Shown piece after piece: positions 29,410 through 38,977 of a stretch of 64,000 nucleotides of DNA. A model generated the notes under the pieces. The model saw only the letters and a list, made by a program, of their open reading frames with translations. It did not search any database and was not told the DNA's origin. Every line of letters starts with the position of its first letter. Within the stretch, counting starts at the first letter, position 1. Location: the NCBI GenBank assembly GCA_963805975.1, contig CAWDVR010000002.1:352001-416000 (forward strand), written 5' to 3'. Made by a program: the position numbers and the translations under genes. The stretch comes from an uncultured Acidobacteriota bacterium (GTDB taxonomy: Bacteria; Acidobacteriota; Thermoanaerobaculia; Multivoradales; SZUA-115).

Positions 29410-30382
29410 GCCGCCAGTCTCCCGGCTGCCCGTTCTCGGTCCACACCACTCCGGAGGCCGGAAGCATCTCCACCGAGGGCTCCTGGTCGGTGGCCACGAT
29501 CACCACCCACTCGTCCTTTCGGTCGCGGGCCAGCCGGCCCGCCAGGCGGCGGCCGTGCAGGTAGACCCAGCCGTTCAAGGCCAGCGCCGCGGTGACCAGC
29601 ACCACGTAGACGAGGTCACCCAGCTCCAGGCCCTGGAAGGTCTCGCCGCCGGCGATCGCCATCACTAGGCCCAAGACGGTCAATGCGATCAGCAGCAGCA
29701 GGGTGCCGGACGGCGCTCTGAGCCGCACGATGTGCCGCGCCAGCTCCTCCAGCTCGGGCGCGGAAAGCCGCCGTCGCTCGACGACGAGGGATGAGTCGAG
29801 CTTCTCCGCCAGCGCCCGCGACACCGCCAGGCGGACCGGCGCGACCGGGGGCGCCGCAGCCTCGGCCACCGGCACCGCCAGCCAGTCTCGCACCGCCTGC
29901 CCGTCCACCGAGAGGAGCGCCTGCGAGAACGGCAGCACCTCGGCATAGCGGGCCTTGAGCGCCTCGGACGGCGCGTCCCGGCGCTCGCCGAAGCACTCCA
30001 CCTCGCCCCGCGCCAGGTCCCGCCGCAGGTAGTACCAGCGCCGCAGGACGGTGATCGAGCGCAGCAGGCCGCCTCCCAGGAGCACTGCGCCGAGGGCCAG
30101 CGAGCCCGCTCCCAGGGCCGCAGGGGTGGCTCCGCCTCGCCGGTCATGAAAATCGAGGAAGGCCGCGCCAAAGAGAAAGAAGACGAGCGACAGGACCATG
30201 AACAGACCCGGCTTCCACAGCGACCTCAGGAAGCCGCGGGCGAGCCCCGTCAAGCGGGTCCGTTCCTCCGCATCGAGTCGCCGCGAGCCTGTTCTTCGGA
30301 TGCCCAGGCACCAGGCCACGGTGGCGGTGCCGGCCGGCTCCTGAGGCTGCGAGGGCGGGGGGGGCGGGAGAGCGGGCGCCAT
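29381..30382 (-). CDS. Hypothetical membrane protein (about 4 TM, two similar halves)
   Basis: Two repeats of 'RRL..E' + 2 TM + 'L.RD' + 'E.LP.S'. Confidence 0.65.
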   Translation of the reverse strand: MAPALPPPPPSQPQEPAGTATVAWCLGIRRTGSRRLDAEERTRLTGLARGFLRSLWKPGLFMVLSLVFFLFGAAFLDFHDRRGGATPAALGAGSLALGAVLLGGGLLRSITVLRRWYYLRRDLARGEVECFGERRDAPSEALKARYAEVLPFSQALLSVDGQAVRDWLAVPVAEAAAPPVAPVRLAVSRALAEKLDSSLVVERRRLSAPELEELARHIVRLRAPSGTLLLLIALTVLGLVMAIAGGETFQGLELGDLVYVVLVTAALALNGWVYLHGRRLAGRLARDRKDEWVVIVATDQEPSVEMLPASGVVWTENGQPGDWRLNPTRRRPR

Positions 30383-30458
30383 GGGACTCCGGCCGGTGCA
30401 GGAGGTGCGCGGGACCGTGAGGTCATCCTACTGCGCAGCCGGCCGGCGGCAGGCTCTT

Positions 30459-30543
30459 GCAATCCACAAGCCGCAATCCACAGGCCGCAATCTACAAGCC
30501 GCAATCTACAAGCCGCAAACTAGGAGCCGCCAATCCACGAGCC
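30459..30543. repeat. About 6 tandem copies of a 14-bp unit GCAATCYACAAGCC
   Basis: gcaatccacaagcc, gcaatccacaggcc, gcaatctacaagcc x2, then two degenerate copies; no spacers. Confidence 0.85.
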
Positions 30544-30554
30544 CTTCTCAGCAG

Positions 30555-30585
30555 AAAGCGCCCGCCCCCCGGAGGGAGCGGGCGC
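30555..30585 (-). terminator. Probable intrinsic terminator of the protease gene
   Basis: GCGCCCGC / GCGGGCGC stem followed by TTTCT on the - strand. Confidence 0.55.
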
Positions 30586-30622
30586 GAGGAGAGCTGCTCG
30601 AACGTCAGCGATCCGGCTCAGG

Positions 30623-33015
30623 TCAGTAGCTGACCCTCAACTGGTACGTCGTCCGGGTCGACGAGTAGCGGAGCACACGCACGAAGACGTTGGTCGCCGC
30701 GCCGCCGGTGTTGGTCCAGGACGCCTGGTCCGCGGTGGTGCCGCCGGCAGTGGAGCTCGCCACCTGGGTCCCCGCCGCGTTGTAGATATAGAGGTCGTAG
30801 TCGACCGACAGGCCGTTGAGCAGGCCGGTCACCGTCCGGCCCGCTGGCAGGCTCAGGCGGAAGTAGTCGTTCTGCTGTGAGACCGAGTCGTTCAGGAACG
30901 TCCCCGAGATCTGGTTGCAGGTGCCGGAGATGGCCTGCGGCGCAGCGGTGCTGTCGTTGGGCTCCACGTCCGAGATGGCGTTGCAGGTCGGGCCGGTCGC
31001 ATAGCTGCCGACCAGCGTCAGGCCCGAGTACGCCGAGTACCCGTGGAGCATCACGTGCCAGGTGCCCGCCGCCGGGCTGGGGAAGGTGCAGGTCTCGTTG
31101 TTGCCGCCCAGGTACGGCCGGCAGTCGTACGTGCCGGTGGTGGGCGCCGAGCCGAAGCGCACGTAGAGGTCCGCGTCGCCGGTGCCGCCCGAGGTCTGGA
31201 ACTGCAGGTTGGACGCGCCCGCGGGCACGGTCATGGTCCAGAACTGCTGGCTGCCGGTCGCCCCGGAGATGCCGGACACCGGGACGCCGTTCGCGAGCAC
31301 GTTGCCGGTGCAGGCCGAGGTCGTGGCCTGCGCCTGGGCCGAGTTGCCGGAGCTGCAGGTGCCGTTCGAGGCCGTCACCACGTAGTAGTAGGTCGTGTTG
31401 CAGGACAGGCCGGTGTTGGAGAACGAGGTGGTGGCGGAGGTGCCCACCGAGCTGTAGGGCCCGCCGCTGGTCGCGGAGCGCAGGACGGTGTACGAGGTGG
31501 CGCCGGCAGAGGCGCTCCAGGAGAGGTTGATCTGACTCTGCGACGCGGCGCTGGCGGAGACCCCGGTGGGCGCCGCCGGCGGCGTGCAGCCGCCACTGCC
31601 GTTGATGCCGCTGACGGTGGTGGCGCCGGTGCTCCCGGCGTCGAGCCAGTTGGAGAGGCGGGTGCTGTTGGTGCCGCCGCCGGTCCAGGAGACGCTGAAG
31701 CGCCCGTAGTAGTCCGAGAGATTGTTGCCGGTGGCGCCGCAGGAGGACGGCCCGCCGTGGAGCTGGCCGACGAAGCGGCCGGCGTCGTTGTAGAGCGGCG
31801 AGCCGGACGAGCCCGGCTCGGTCACGCCCGGGATGGTGTACGGGCCGGGAGGATCGGTGGCCCAGCGGGCCCACAGGTGGGTGCCGTCACCCGGTGAGGT
31901 GGTGCCGCTGTAGCTCGTGCTCTGCATGACGGTGGTGACGTAGGTGATGCGCTTCTCGTCGGTCGACGGGTGGTGGATCGAGGCGCAAGGCACCGTGGCG
32001 CTGCACGAGTGGTTGCCGGTCGAGCGGTCCCAGCCGGCCCAGTGATGGTTGTAGGCGGTGACCGGCGGGTCGTCCAGCTCCACGAGAGTCACGTCGGAGG
32101 GAGAGTGCGCGGCGCGGAAGAACGAGCCGGTGTGGAACTGAGAGAGCGAGCCGTCGCCGGCCTGCCCGCTCTGGGCGCTGCCGGGCGCCCGGCAGAAGGA
32201 GTTCTGATAGTTCCAGTAGACCACCAGCGAGGCCGCGTTGCCCGAGTTGATCGAGCAATGGTTGGCGGTGATGAAGTACATCTTGCGGTCGCCGGCCGTG
32301 TCGTTGACGCAGCGATCCGGTGCAGAACGTCGAGCCGCCGGTCGAGATCACGCCCACGGCCCGCATCTCGTCGCGCCAGGTATCGCCGGCAGGCAGGCAC
32401 TCGACGTCCAGATTGCAGCTCCCGGACTTTTCGTAGGCGCCGGCCGGGGTGGTACCGAAGCCGCGGTAGCCCTGGTTGATCCAGCCGAGCTCGAGCTCCA
32501 CCGCCCGCGCCTCGCGCTTCGGCACGGTGAGCTCCACGATCAGGTCGTCGGTGGTGACGACCGGCGTCCACAGCTCGCCGTGCTTCTCGTTGTCCGCCGA
32601 CGGTGAAGGGCCGCGAGACCTGGGTGCCGTCCGTCGCGTAGAGCAGCAGGCGTGCCCCTTCCGGCAACCGGAAGCGGGTGAAGCCGAGGTTCAGGGACGT
32701 GGCGCCCTCGCGGCCCAGGACGCGCAGCCGCCAGAGCATCTGGCCGTTGCCGAGGTCTTCCCAGGTGCCGTCGAGCGCGGGGGTGATCGACACCCGCTCC
32801 GGCACGGCGAAGCGCGGCGGCAGCCCGATCCGGTCCCGCTCCAGATCCTCTTCCCCGAGCCTCGCCAGATCCATCTGGGTGGCGACGAAGGAACCCAACT
32901 GGTTCACGTCGCGCAGCGCGAAGCCGGCGGCCGTGGGTACGGCGGCGTCCGAGGCGGCATGGGCCACGCCGCCGAAGGCGAGCAACATTAGCCAAGCGAG
33001 CTTACGGCTCATCAT
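30623..33015 (-). pseudogene. Lysyl endopeptidase (Achromobacter protease I)-like serine protease with FN3 and two PPC domains, interrupted by two +1 frameshifts
   Basis: Signal/pro-region, SGSCNLDVEC, CTGSL|VND, TANHC, SDVTL, GVTEPGSSGSP; frames join if single bases near 32601 and 32309 are removed. Confidence 0.85.
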
Positions 33016-33172
33016 TCTTCTCCTCCGGTTGGAAAGCTTCGAATCGCGTCAGGACTGACGCACTTAGAGGGGGGTGCTGCTCGGGGACTGCCAGGGGACA
33101 TCCGGCAACGACAGGAGAAGCTTCGCTTCGCGGTAGAGTAGCGGCAATCCTCACCTTGGCGAGCGAGCAGCG

Positions 33173-36127
33173 ATGAACCCCGAGGGCCACGCTCCGGGCA
33201 CCACCCGTGGCGACCGCACCGACTTCGGCGACTGGCTGCGCGGCGTGCCGAAGGCGTCGCCTGGCGGCCTCGCGCCCGGCCCCGGCATGGCCTGGGGCCG
33301 CTATCGGCTCGAGGGCCTGCTGGGCGAGGGCGGCATGGGCCGGGTTTTCGCCGCCTTCGACCCCCGTCTCGAGCGCCGCGTGGCCCTGAAGCTGCTGCGC
33401 GGCGACGACCCGGTGCTCGCCCTCCGCTTCCTGGCCGAGGCACGAGCCCAGGCGCGGGTCGAGCACGAGCACGTATGCCGGGTGTACGAGGTCGGCGAGG
33501 TCGAGGGGCACCCGTACATCGCCATGCAGCTCGTCGAGGGGCCGACGCTGCGCGAGGTGCCCCCTGGCATGTCGCTCACCGAGCGCACCGAGGTGATGCG
33601 GCGGGTGGCGGAGGCGGTCCACGCCGCGCACCGCACGGGCCTGATCCACCGCGACGTCAAGCCGGGCAACATCCTGCTCGAGGCCACCGAGGCCGGCGCC
33701 TGGCGGCCCTACGTGGCGGATTTCGGCATCGCCCGCGCGGTGGACGCGGCGGGCCTCACGCGGCCCGGCGCGGTGGTCGGAACCCTCGAGTACATGGCGC
33801 CGGAGCAGGCTTTCGCCGAGGGGACGGAGCCGGACCGCCGAGTGGACGTCTACGGCCTCGGGGCGACGCTCTACGAGCTGCTCTGCGGCCAGCCGCCGGT
33901 CTCCGGCGCGAGCGAGGGCGAGGTGCTGATGAGGCTCCTGACCGGCGAGCCGGAGCGGCTGTCGAAACGCCGGCCGGGCCTGCCCGTCGATCTCGAGACC
34001 ATCGTCATGAAGTGCCTGGAGCGGGATCCGAAGCGGCGCTACGAGTCGGCCCGGGCTCTCGCCGAGGACCTCGCCCGCTTCCTCGACGGCGAGCCCATCC
34101 TCGCCCGCCCCACCTCCTGGACCTACCGCCTGGCCAAGCGCGTGCAGAAGAACCGCGGTATCGCCGCCCTGCTCGCCGCCGCGGCCCTGGGGATCCTCGT
34201 TTCGGCGGGGCTCTGGCTGCACACGCGGTGGCAGGCAGGCAGGCAGGCGGCGCTCGCCCAGCGCTTCGGCGAAGAGGTGCAGGCGATCGAGAGCCAGTTG
34301 AAAATCGCCCAGCTCCTGCCGCTCCACGACACGGCCCCGGAGCGGGCCGCGGTGCGGCGGCGCATGGCAGCCCTCGAAGAGCAGGCGAAGCACGGCGGCA
34401 GGCCGGCGCTCGGGCCGGGCTCCTATGCCCTGGGCCGCGGTCACTTGGCGCTCGCCGAGCCGGAAGCCGCCCGCGCCGCGCTCGAACGCGCCCAGGACGC
34501 GGGCTACCGCACGCCGGACGTTTCCTACGCGCTCGGGCTGGCGCTCGGCGGCCTGTACCAGAAGGCGCTCGAGCGCGCGGACTCGCTGGCGGACCGGCGG
34601 CAGCGGGATCTCGAGCGGGCACGGGCCGAGCGCGGTCTGCGCGACCCGGCCCTCGCCTACCTGCGGGCCGCGGGCAGCGCCCGCCACGACCCGGCCTACG
34701 TCGAGGGGCTGATCGCACTCTACGACCGCCGCTTCGACGAGGCCCTGGCCAAGGCGCGCCAGGCGTTTGCCGCCGCGCCGGCGCTCTACGAGGCGCGGCA
34801 GCTCGAAGGGGAGGTGTTGATGGCCGAGGGCACGCGGCTCGCCGAACGGGGCGCCTACGACGCGGCCCTCGCGCGCTACCACGAGGCGGAGGATGCCTTC
34901 GCCGGCGCGCTCGCGATCGGCCGCAGCGACGCCATGCTGCTGCGTAGCGAGTGCCTGCGGCGCCTCAAGGTGCTGGAGATCGACATCGTGCGCGGCGGCA
35001 GGGCCGAAGGCAGCTTCGCCGCCACGCGCCAGGCTTGCGAGACCGCGCTCGCCGCCAACTCCGAGCTCGGCCCTGCCTACGACCTGCTCTCCTCCGCCCA
35101 CTGGCACTATGGCGACTTCTTGATGGACCGCGGCGGAGATCCGCGGGCGATCCTCACGCGCGCCGAGGAGCTGGCCGCCAAGGCCCTGGAGCTGTCCCCC
35201 GCCAACGCCGCAGCGGCCTCGCACGCCGGCACCGCGGCGGTGCTCGCCGCCGAGCACGAGACCGACGCCGGGCTCGATCCGCGCGCCTCCCTGGAGCGCG
35301 CCATCGCGAGCTTCGACCGTGCCCTGGCCCTCGACCCCGACCTCGTCCTGGCCTACAACGAGAAGGGCCTCGCGCACTTCGCCCGCGGGCGCTACGAGAT
35401 GCTGGCCGGGCTCGACGCGCGCGCCAGCTTCGCGCGCGCCGTGGAGGCGTACGAAGCGGCCATCGCGCGCGACCCGGAGTACGCCAACGCCATCCACAAC
35501 CTCGGCCTGGCGCTCGACAACGCCGCCGACTACGAAGCCGCCACCGGCAACGACCCGAAGCCTTTTCGGCAGCGGTCGATCGAGAGCTATCGCCGCGCCA
35601 TCGTGCTCAACCCCCACCGCGCGCTCTTCCTCTCCAACCTGGGAGGCGGCTACGTCAAGCTCGGCGACTGGGAGATGTCGCAGGGGGTTGTACCGGACGC
35701 CGCCCTGGCCGGCGCGATCGAGGCGCTGGATGCGGCGCGCGCCGCCGACCCCGGCCTGGCGATCGCGACCACCAACCTCTCGAACGCCTACCTGCTGCGG
35801 GCGGAGCACCAGCGCAAGACCGGCGGCGACCCGCGGGCGGCGATCGAGCGCTGCATCGCCTTGAACGCCGAGGTGCTCGCCCTCCAACCGGGCAACGCCC
35901 TCGCCCTCGGCACCCAGGGGCAGGCTTGGGTGTCGCGTGCCCACTACGAGCTCGACTCGGGGCTCGACGCGTCCCGCTCCATCGCGCGCGCCGAGCAGGC
36001 GCTGGCCGAGACCCTGCGTGCCAATCCGCTGTTCGAAAACGCCCTCGCGCCGACGCGGGCCGATCTCGCGGCCTTGCGGGCGCGGCAGGCGGAGCGCTCC
36101 CGGCCGGCCTCCCGTTCTACGAGATAG
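33173..36127 (+). CDS. Hanks-type Ser/Thr kinase with TM and TPR region
   Basis: GEGGMG, VALK, HRDVKPGN, DFG, YMAPEQ; TM; TPR repeats. Confidence 0.93.
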   Translation: MNPEGHAPGTTRGDRTDFGDWLRGVPKASPGGLAPGPGMAWGRYRLEGLLGEGGMGRVFAAFDPRLERRVALKLLRGDDPVLALRFLAEARAQARVEHEHVCRVYEVGEVEGHPYIAMQLVEGPTLREVPPGMSLTERTEVMRRVAEAVHAAHRTGLIHRDVKPGNILLEATEAGAWRPYVADFGIARAVDAAGLTRPGAVVGTLEYMAPEQAFAEGTEPDRRVDVYGLGATLYELLCGQPPVSGASEGEVLMRLLTGEPERLSKRRPGLPVDLETIVMKCLERDPKRRYESARALAEDLARFLDGEPILARPTSWTYRLAKRVQKNRGIAALLAAAALGILVSAGLWLHTRWQAGRQAALAQRFGEEVQAIESQLKIAQLLPLHDTAPERAAVRRRMAALEEQAKHGGRPALGPGSYALGRGHLALAEPEAARAALERAQDAGYRTPDVSYALGLALGGLYQKALERADSLADRRQRDLERARAERGLRDPALAYLRAAGSARHDPAYVEGLIALYDRRFDEALAKARQAFAAAPALYEARQLEGEVLMAEGTRLAERGAYDAALARYHEAEDAFAGALAIGRSDAMLLRSECLRRLKVLEIDIVRGGRAEGSFAATRQACETALAANSELGPAYDLLSSAHWHYGDFLMDRGGDPRAILTRAEELAAKALELSPANAAAASHAGTAAVLAAEHETDAGLDPRASLERAIASFDRALALDPDLVLAYNEKGLAHFARGRYEMLAGLDARASFARAVEAYEAAIARDPEYANAIHNLGLALDNAADYEAATGNDPKPFRQRSIESYRRAIVLNPHRALFLSNLGGGYVKLGDWEMSQGVVPDAALAGAIEALDAARAADPGLAIATTNLSNAYLLRAEHQRKTGGDPRAAIERCIALNAEVLALQPGNALALGTQGQAWVSRAHYELDSGLDASRSIARAEQALAETLRANPLFENALAPTRADLAALRARQAERSRPASRSTR

Positions 36128-37310
36128 CCTGGAGCACGCCGAGGACGCGCGAGCGTGCCAGCTCCGCGGCCGGCACGGGCTTCGAGAAGTAGAAGCCCTG
36201 GGCGTAGTCGATCCCCAGCTCGCGGAGCATCTGCGCGTCCTCGGCCGTCTCCACCGCTTCCATGATGGTGGCGGTGGCGGCGCGCTGTGCCATCTCGGCC
36301 GTCGAGCGGACGATGATCTGCCGCAGCGGGTCGGCAGCCAGGTTGCGGCTGAAGGTGCCGGAGATCTTCAGGAACTCGGGGCGCAGGTCCTTGAACAGGT
36401 TGAGGTTGGAGGAGCCTTCGCCGTAGTCGTCGAGGGCGACGCGGAAGCCCCGCTCGCGCACCGCGCCGAGGGTGGCCGCGAAGGCGCGCGGGTTGACGAT
36501 GGTCTGCTGCTCGGTGAGCTCGAGCACGATGCAGGAGGTGTCGAGCGCCGAGGCGGCCACCGCCTCGAGCAGGCGCGAGGTGAACTCCGGGTTGGTCATC
36601 GACCGCGGCTGCACGTTGACGAACGCCGTGACCTCGCCACCCAGCTCCTCGACCTCGCGGAGCGCGGAACGGATGCAGATCATGTCGGCCTCGAAGAGCA
36701 GCTCTTTGCGCGCCGCGTAGCCGAGGAAGATCGACGGGTCGCCCAGGAGCGTGGTGTGCGGGCCGCGCGCCAGGCACTCGACGCCGAAGAACGAGTACGG
36801 TGCGTCGCCCTGCTCGAGCTTGATCACCGGTTGCAGCAGCGAGCGCACGGTGCCCGCGGCCAGGAACTCCTCGAGCAGCTCGACCTGCTCCACCGGACCA
36901 TCCGGTTCGCTCGCCGGATCGGCTCCGGCTTCGTCACGGGCGAGGGCGTCCCGCCGCGCGAGCAGCAGGCGCCGGAGCTCGGTCAGTCCCGCCGGTTTCT
37001 CCAGCACGCGAGCGGCACCGAGGACCCCGGCCAGCGCCCGCACCTCGTTGTCGACGTGGCCGGAAAGGATGAACACCATGGTGTCCGGGAAATGCGTGGC
37101 CACGAAGCGCACCAGCCTCATTCCCTCGAGCCCGCCGAGGCGGGAGAGCGAGAGATCGGTCACCAGAACGTCGAACGGGAACGCGGCCAGCAGCACCTCC
37201 GCGGCCTCGATCTCGCGACAGGTGGTGAGATGGATGCCCGGCGCGCGAAGACACAGCGCCAGCGTCTCCAGCACCAGTGGCTCGTCGTCAAGCAGCAGGG
37301 CTCGCAGCAC
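36117..37310 (-). CDS. Response regulator receiver + EAL c-di-GMP phosphodiesterase
   Basis: REC (LLLDDE, VTD, EKP); EAL-domain motifs ECL, FVN, ELTE, DDYGEG, EAVE, QGFYF. Confidence 0.9.
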   Translation of the reverse strand: MLRALLLDDEPLVLETLALCLRAPGIHLTTCREIEAAEVLLAAFPFDVLVTDLSLSRLGGLEGMRLVRFVATHFPDTMVFILSGHVDNEVRALAGVLGAARVLEKPAGLTELRRLLLARRDALARDEAGADPASEPDGPVEQVELLEEFLAAGTVRSLLQPVIKLEQGDAPYSFFGVECLARGPHTTLLGDPSIFLGYAARKELLFEADMICIRSALREVEELGGEVTAFVNVQPRSMTNPEFTSRLLEAVAASALDTSCIVLELTEQQTIVNPRAFAATLGAVRERGFRVALDDYGEGSSNLNLFKDLRPEFLKISGTFSRNLAADPLRQIIVRSTAEMAQRAATATIMEAVETAEDAQMLRELGIDYAQGFYFSKPVPAAELARSRVLGVLQAIS

Positions 37311-37578
37311 GATGGGCGCAGTATAGCGAACGCGGTGTCGAGGCTGGAATTGTCGTGCGATTGAGCTAGCAAAAGCGTTTGCAAAGGGCGCTACCAGGAG
37401 TTAAAAAAGCCAGTTCCTCGCTGTCGGATTGAAAGCTGCCTTACGTCTTGACGCACGTACGACCACTCCTGTAGCTTGCCGGCCTTGGTCGCTCCGGCGC
37501 AGGTTTCTGCGCCGGTCTTCTGGCAACAATCCATTTTTTGAGAGGCGGCAGCAGAGCCTGCCGGCCGAGGGAGGCAGC

Positions 37579-37794
37579 ATGAAGGTTGGAAGTGTGAGCG
37601 GCATCACGGAGTTCCACGCGCGGTTGTTCTCGACGACGGAGCAGGACGGTCTGTTTGCCGCCCTGCGCAAGCTCGCCCAGCTCGAGAGCCCGCGGCGGTT
37701 CTCCGAGCTCGAGGAGCCCATGGACGGCTGGTACGCCTGGTACGACGACCGCGAAGAGAGCATGGCTCTCGCCCTTGCCCCCCAGCCGGTCTGA
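37579..37794 (+). CDS. 71-aa peptide, candidate ComX-like precursor (W51, W54)
   Basis: GAGGGAGG RBS before ATG 37579, GC3-rich codons, DGWYAWYDD; upstream of the prenyltransferase. Confidence 0.6.
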   Translation: MKVGSVSGITEFHARLFSTTEQDGLFAALRKLAQLESPRRFSELEEPMDGWYAWYDDREESMALALAPQPV

Positions 37795-37952
37795 GAAGCT
37801 CCGGCACGCCGCGGCAACAAACTCCCCCGTCAGACGTACTCCAGTTTCGCCACCGTAGTTTCGCCACCGTGCGCCGGTGCCTTCATGGCCGCGCACGGCG
37901 GCCCCATGTCCAGAGGCCGCGTTTCCTCTGCCGGTAAGACGCCGGCGCGGCA

Positions 37953-37981
37953 TGGACCGCGCACCATCCTTCTGCTATAAC
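37953..37981 (+). promoter_or_regulatory. Sigma70-type promoter for the prenyltransferase-kinase pair
   Basis: TGGACC-17bp-TATAAC with an extended -10 TGn. Confidence 0.5.
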
Positions 37982-38017
37982 GGAGATCAATCCGCGTCCC
38001 GGCCTCACCTTGAGAGC

Positions 38018-38971
38018 ATGCATCTCGCGCTGATCCAACAGCGGCTGCTTACCCTGCCGGAGGTCGCCCAGTGGGCGGACCTTCGCGCTCTCCTCGAGCG
38101 GCCGGCCCGGCAGCGGGCAACCTCCGTGTGGGAGTACCCGGCTCTCGCCTGCCAGGCGGTGGGCGGCGCGCCGGAGGCCGCCCTCCCCGCGGTGACCGCC
38201 GTGTACACCTCGCTGCTCGCCATCCATCTCGTGGACGACCTGCTCGACGACGATCCGCGCGGCCTCTATCGCCGGCTGGGCGCCGGCACCGCCGCCAACC
38301 TCGCGCTGGCGCTCCAGGCCGCCGGCCATCGCGAGCTGGATCGGGTGCCCGCCACGGCCGAGACGCGTGCCCTCCTGCACGGCAGCCTGGCGCGCATGTC
38401 TTTCGCGACCGCCTACGGCCAGAGCCTGGACAGCCACCAGGTCACGAACGAAGAGGAGTACTGGCGGGTGGTCGGCGCCAAGACGCCGCCGCTTTTCGGC
38501 GCGGCTTTTTTTCTCGGCGCGGTGCTCGGCGGCGCGGGCGCGGACCTGGCGGAGAGCCTCGAGCAGGTGGGCGGCGTCCTGGGTCGGCTGGTCCAGGTCA
38601 GCGACGACCTGGGCGATGCGATGCAGGAGCCGGCCGGCGCCGACTGGCAGCGCCCCGGTAACAATCTCGCCCTGCTCTACGCCCTGGTGAGCGACCATGA
38701 CGAGCGCGAGGCTTTCCGCCGTGCGGCAGGTGCCGCCCACGAGCCCGCCTGCCTCTCGGAGGCGCAGCAGATCCTGCTCCGCTCTGGCGCGGTCAGCTAC
38801 TGCGCCTACCGGCTGCTCGAGCTGGCCCATCAGGCGAGGAGCCTCCTCTCGCGCCTCTCACTGGCCGATCCGCTGCCTCTCTCGAGGCTCGTCGACGAGC
38901 ATCTGCGGCCGCTGTCCCAGCTTCTGCGTACCGTCGGCGCCGAGCTACCGGAACCCGTGGTCGCGAGCTAG
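38018..38971 (+). CDS. Class I isoprenoid-synthase-fold (polyprenyl synthetase family) protein, ComQ-like
   Basis: FARM VDDLLD, GQSLD, KT, SARM SDDLGD; lacks the N-terminal GKxxR and post-FARM RRG motifs. Confidence 0.82.
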   Translation: MHLALIQQRLLTLPEVAQWADLRALLERPARQRATSVWEYPALACQAVGGAPEAALPAVTAVYTSLLAIHLVDDLLDDDPRGLYRRLGAGTAANLALALQAAGHRELDRVPATAETRALLHGSLARMSFATAYGQSLDSHQVTNEEEYWRVVGAKTPPLFGAAFFLGAVLGGAGADLAESLEQVGGVLGRLVQVSDDLGDAMQEPAGADWQRPGNNLALLYALVSDHDEREAFRRAAGAAHEPACLSEAQQILLRSGAVSYCAYRLLELAHQARSLLSRLSLADPLPLSRLVDEHLRPLSQLLRTVGAELPEPVVAS

Positions 38972-38977
38972 CCGGCC

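Noticed and set aside
30459-30543. Possible CRISPR array
   Set aside because: Units are 14 bp, contiguous, have no spacers, and no cas genes are present.
33002-35944. Very long antisense ORFs (also 38945-42040, 48607-51885, 53512-56559, 58322-60982)
   Set aside because: Shadows of real genes caused by high GC3; no domain motifs.
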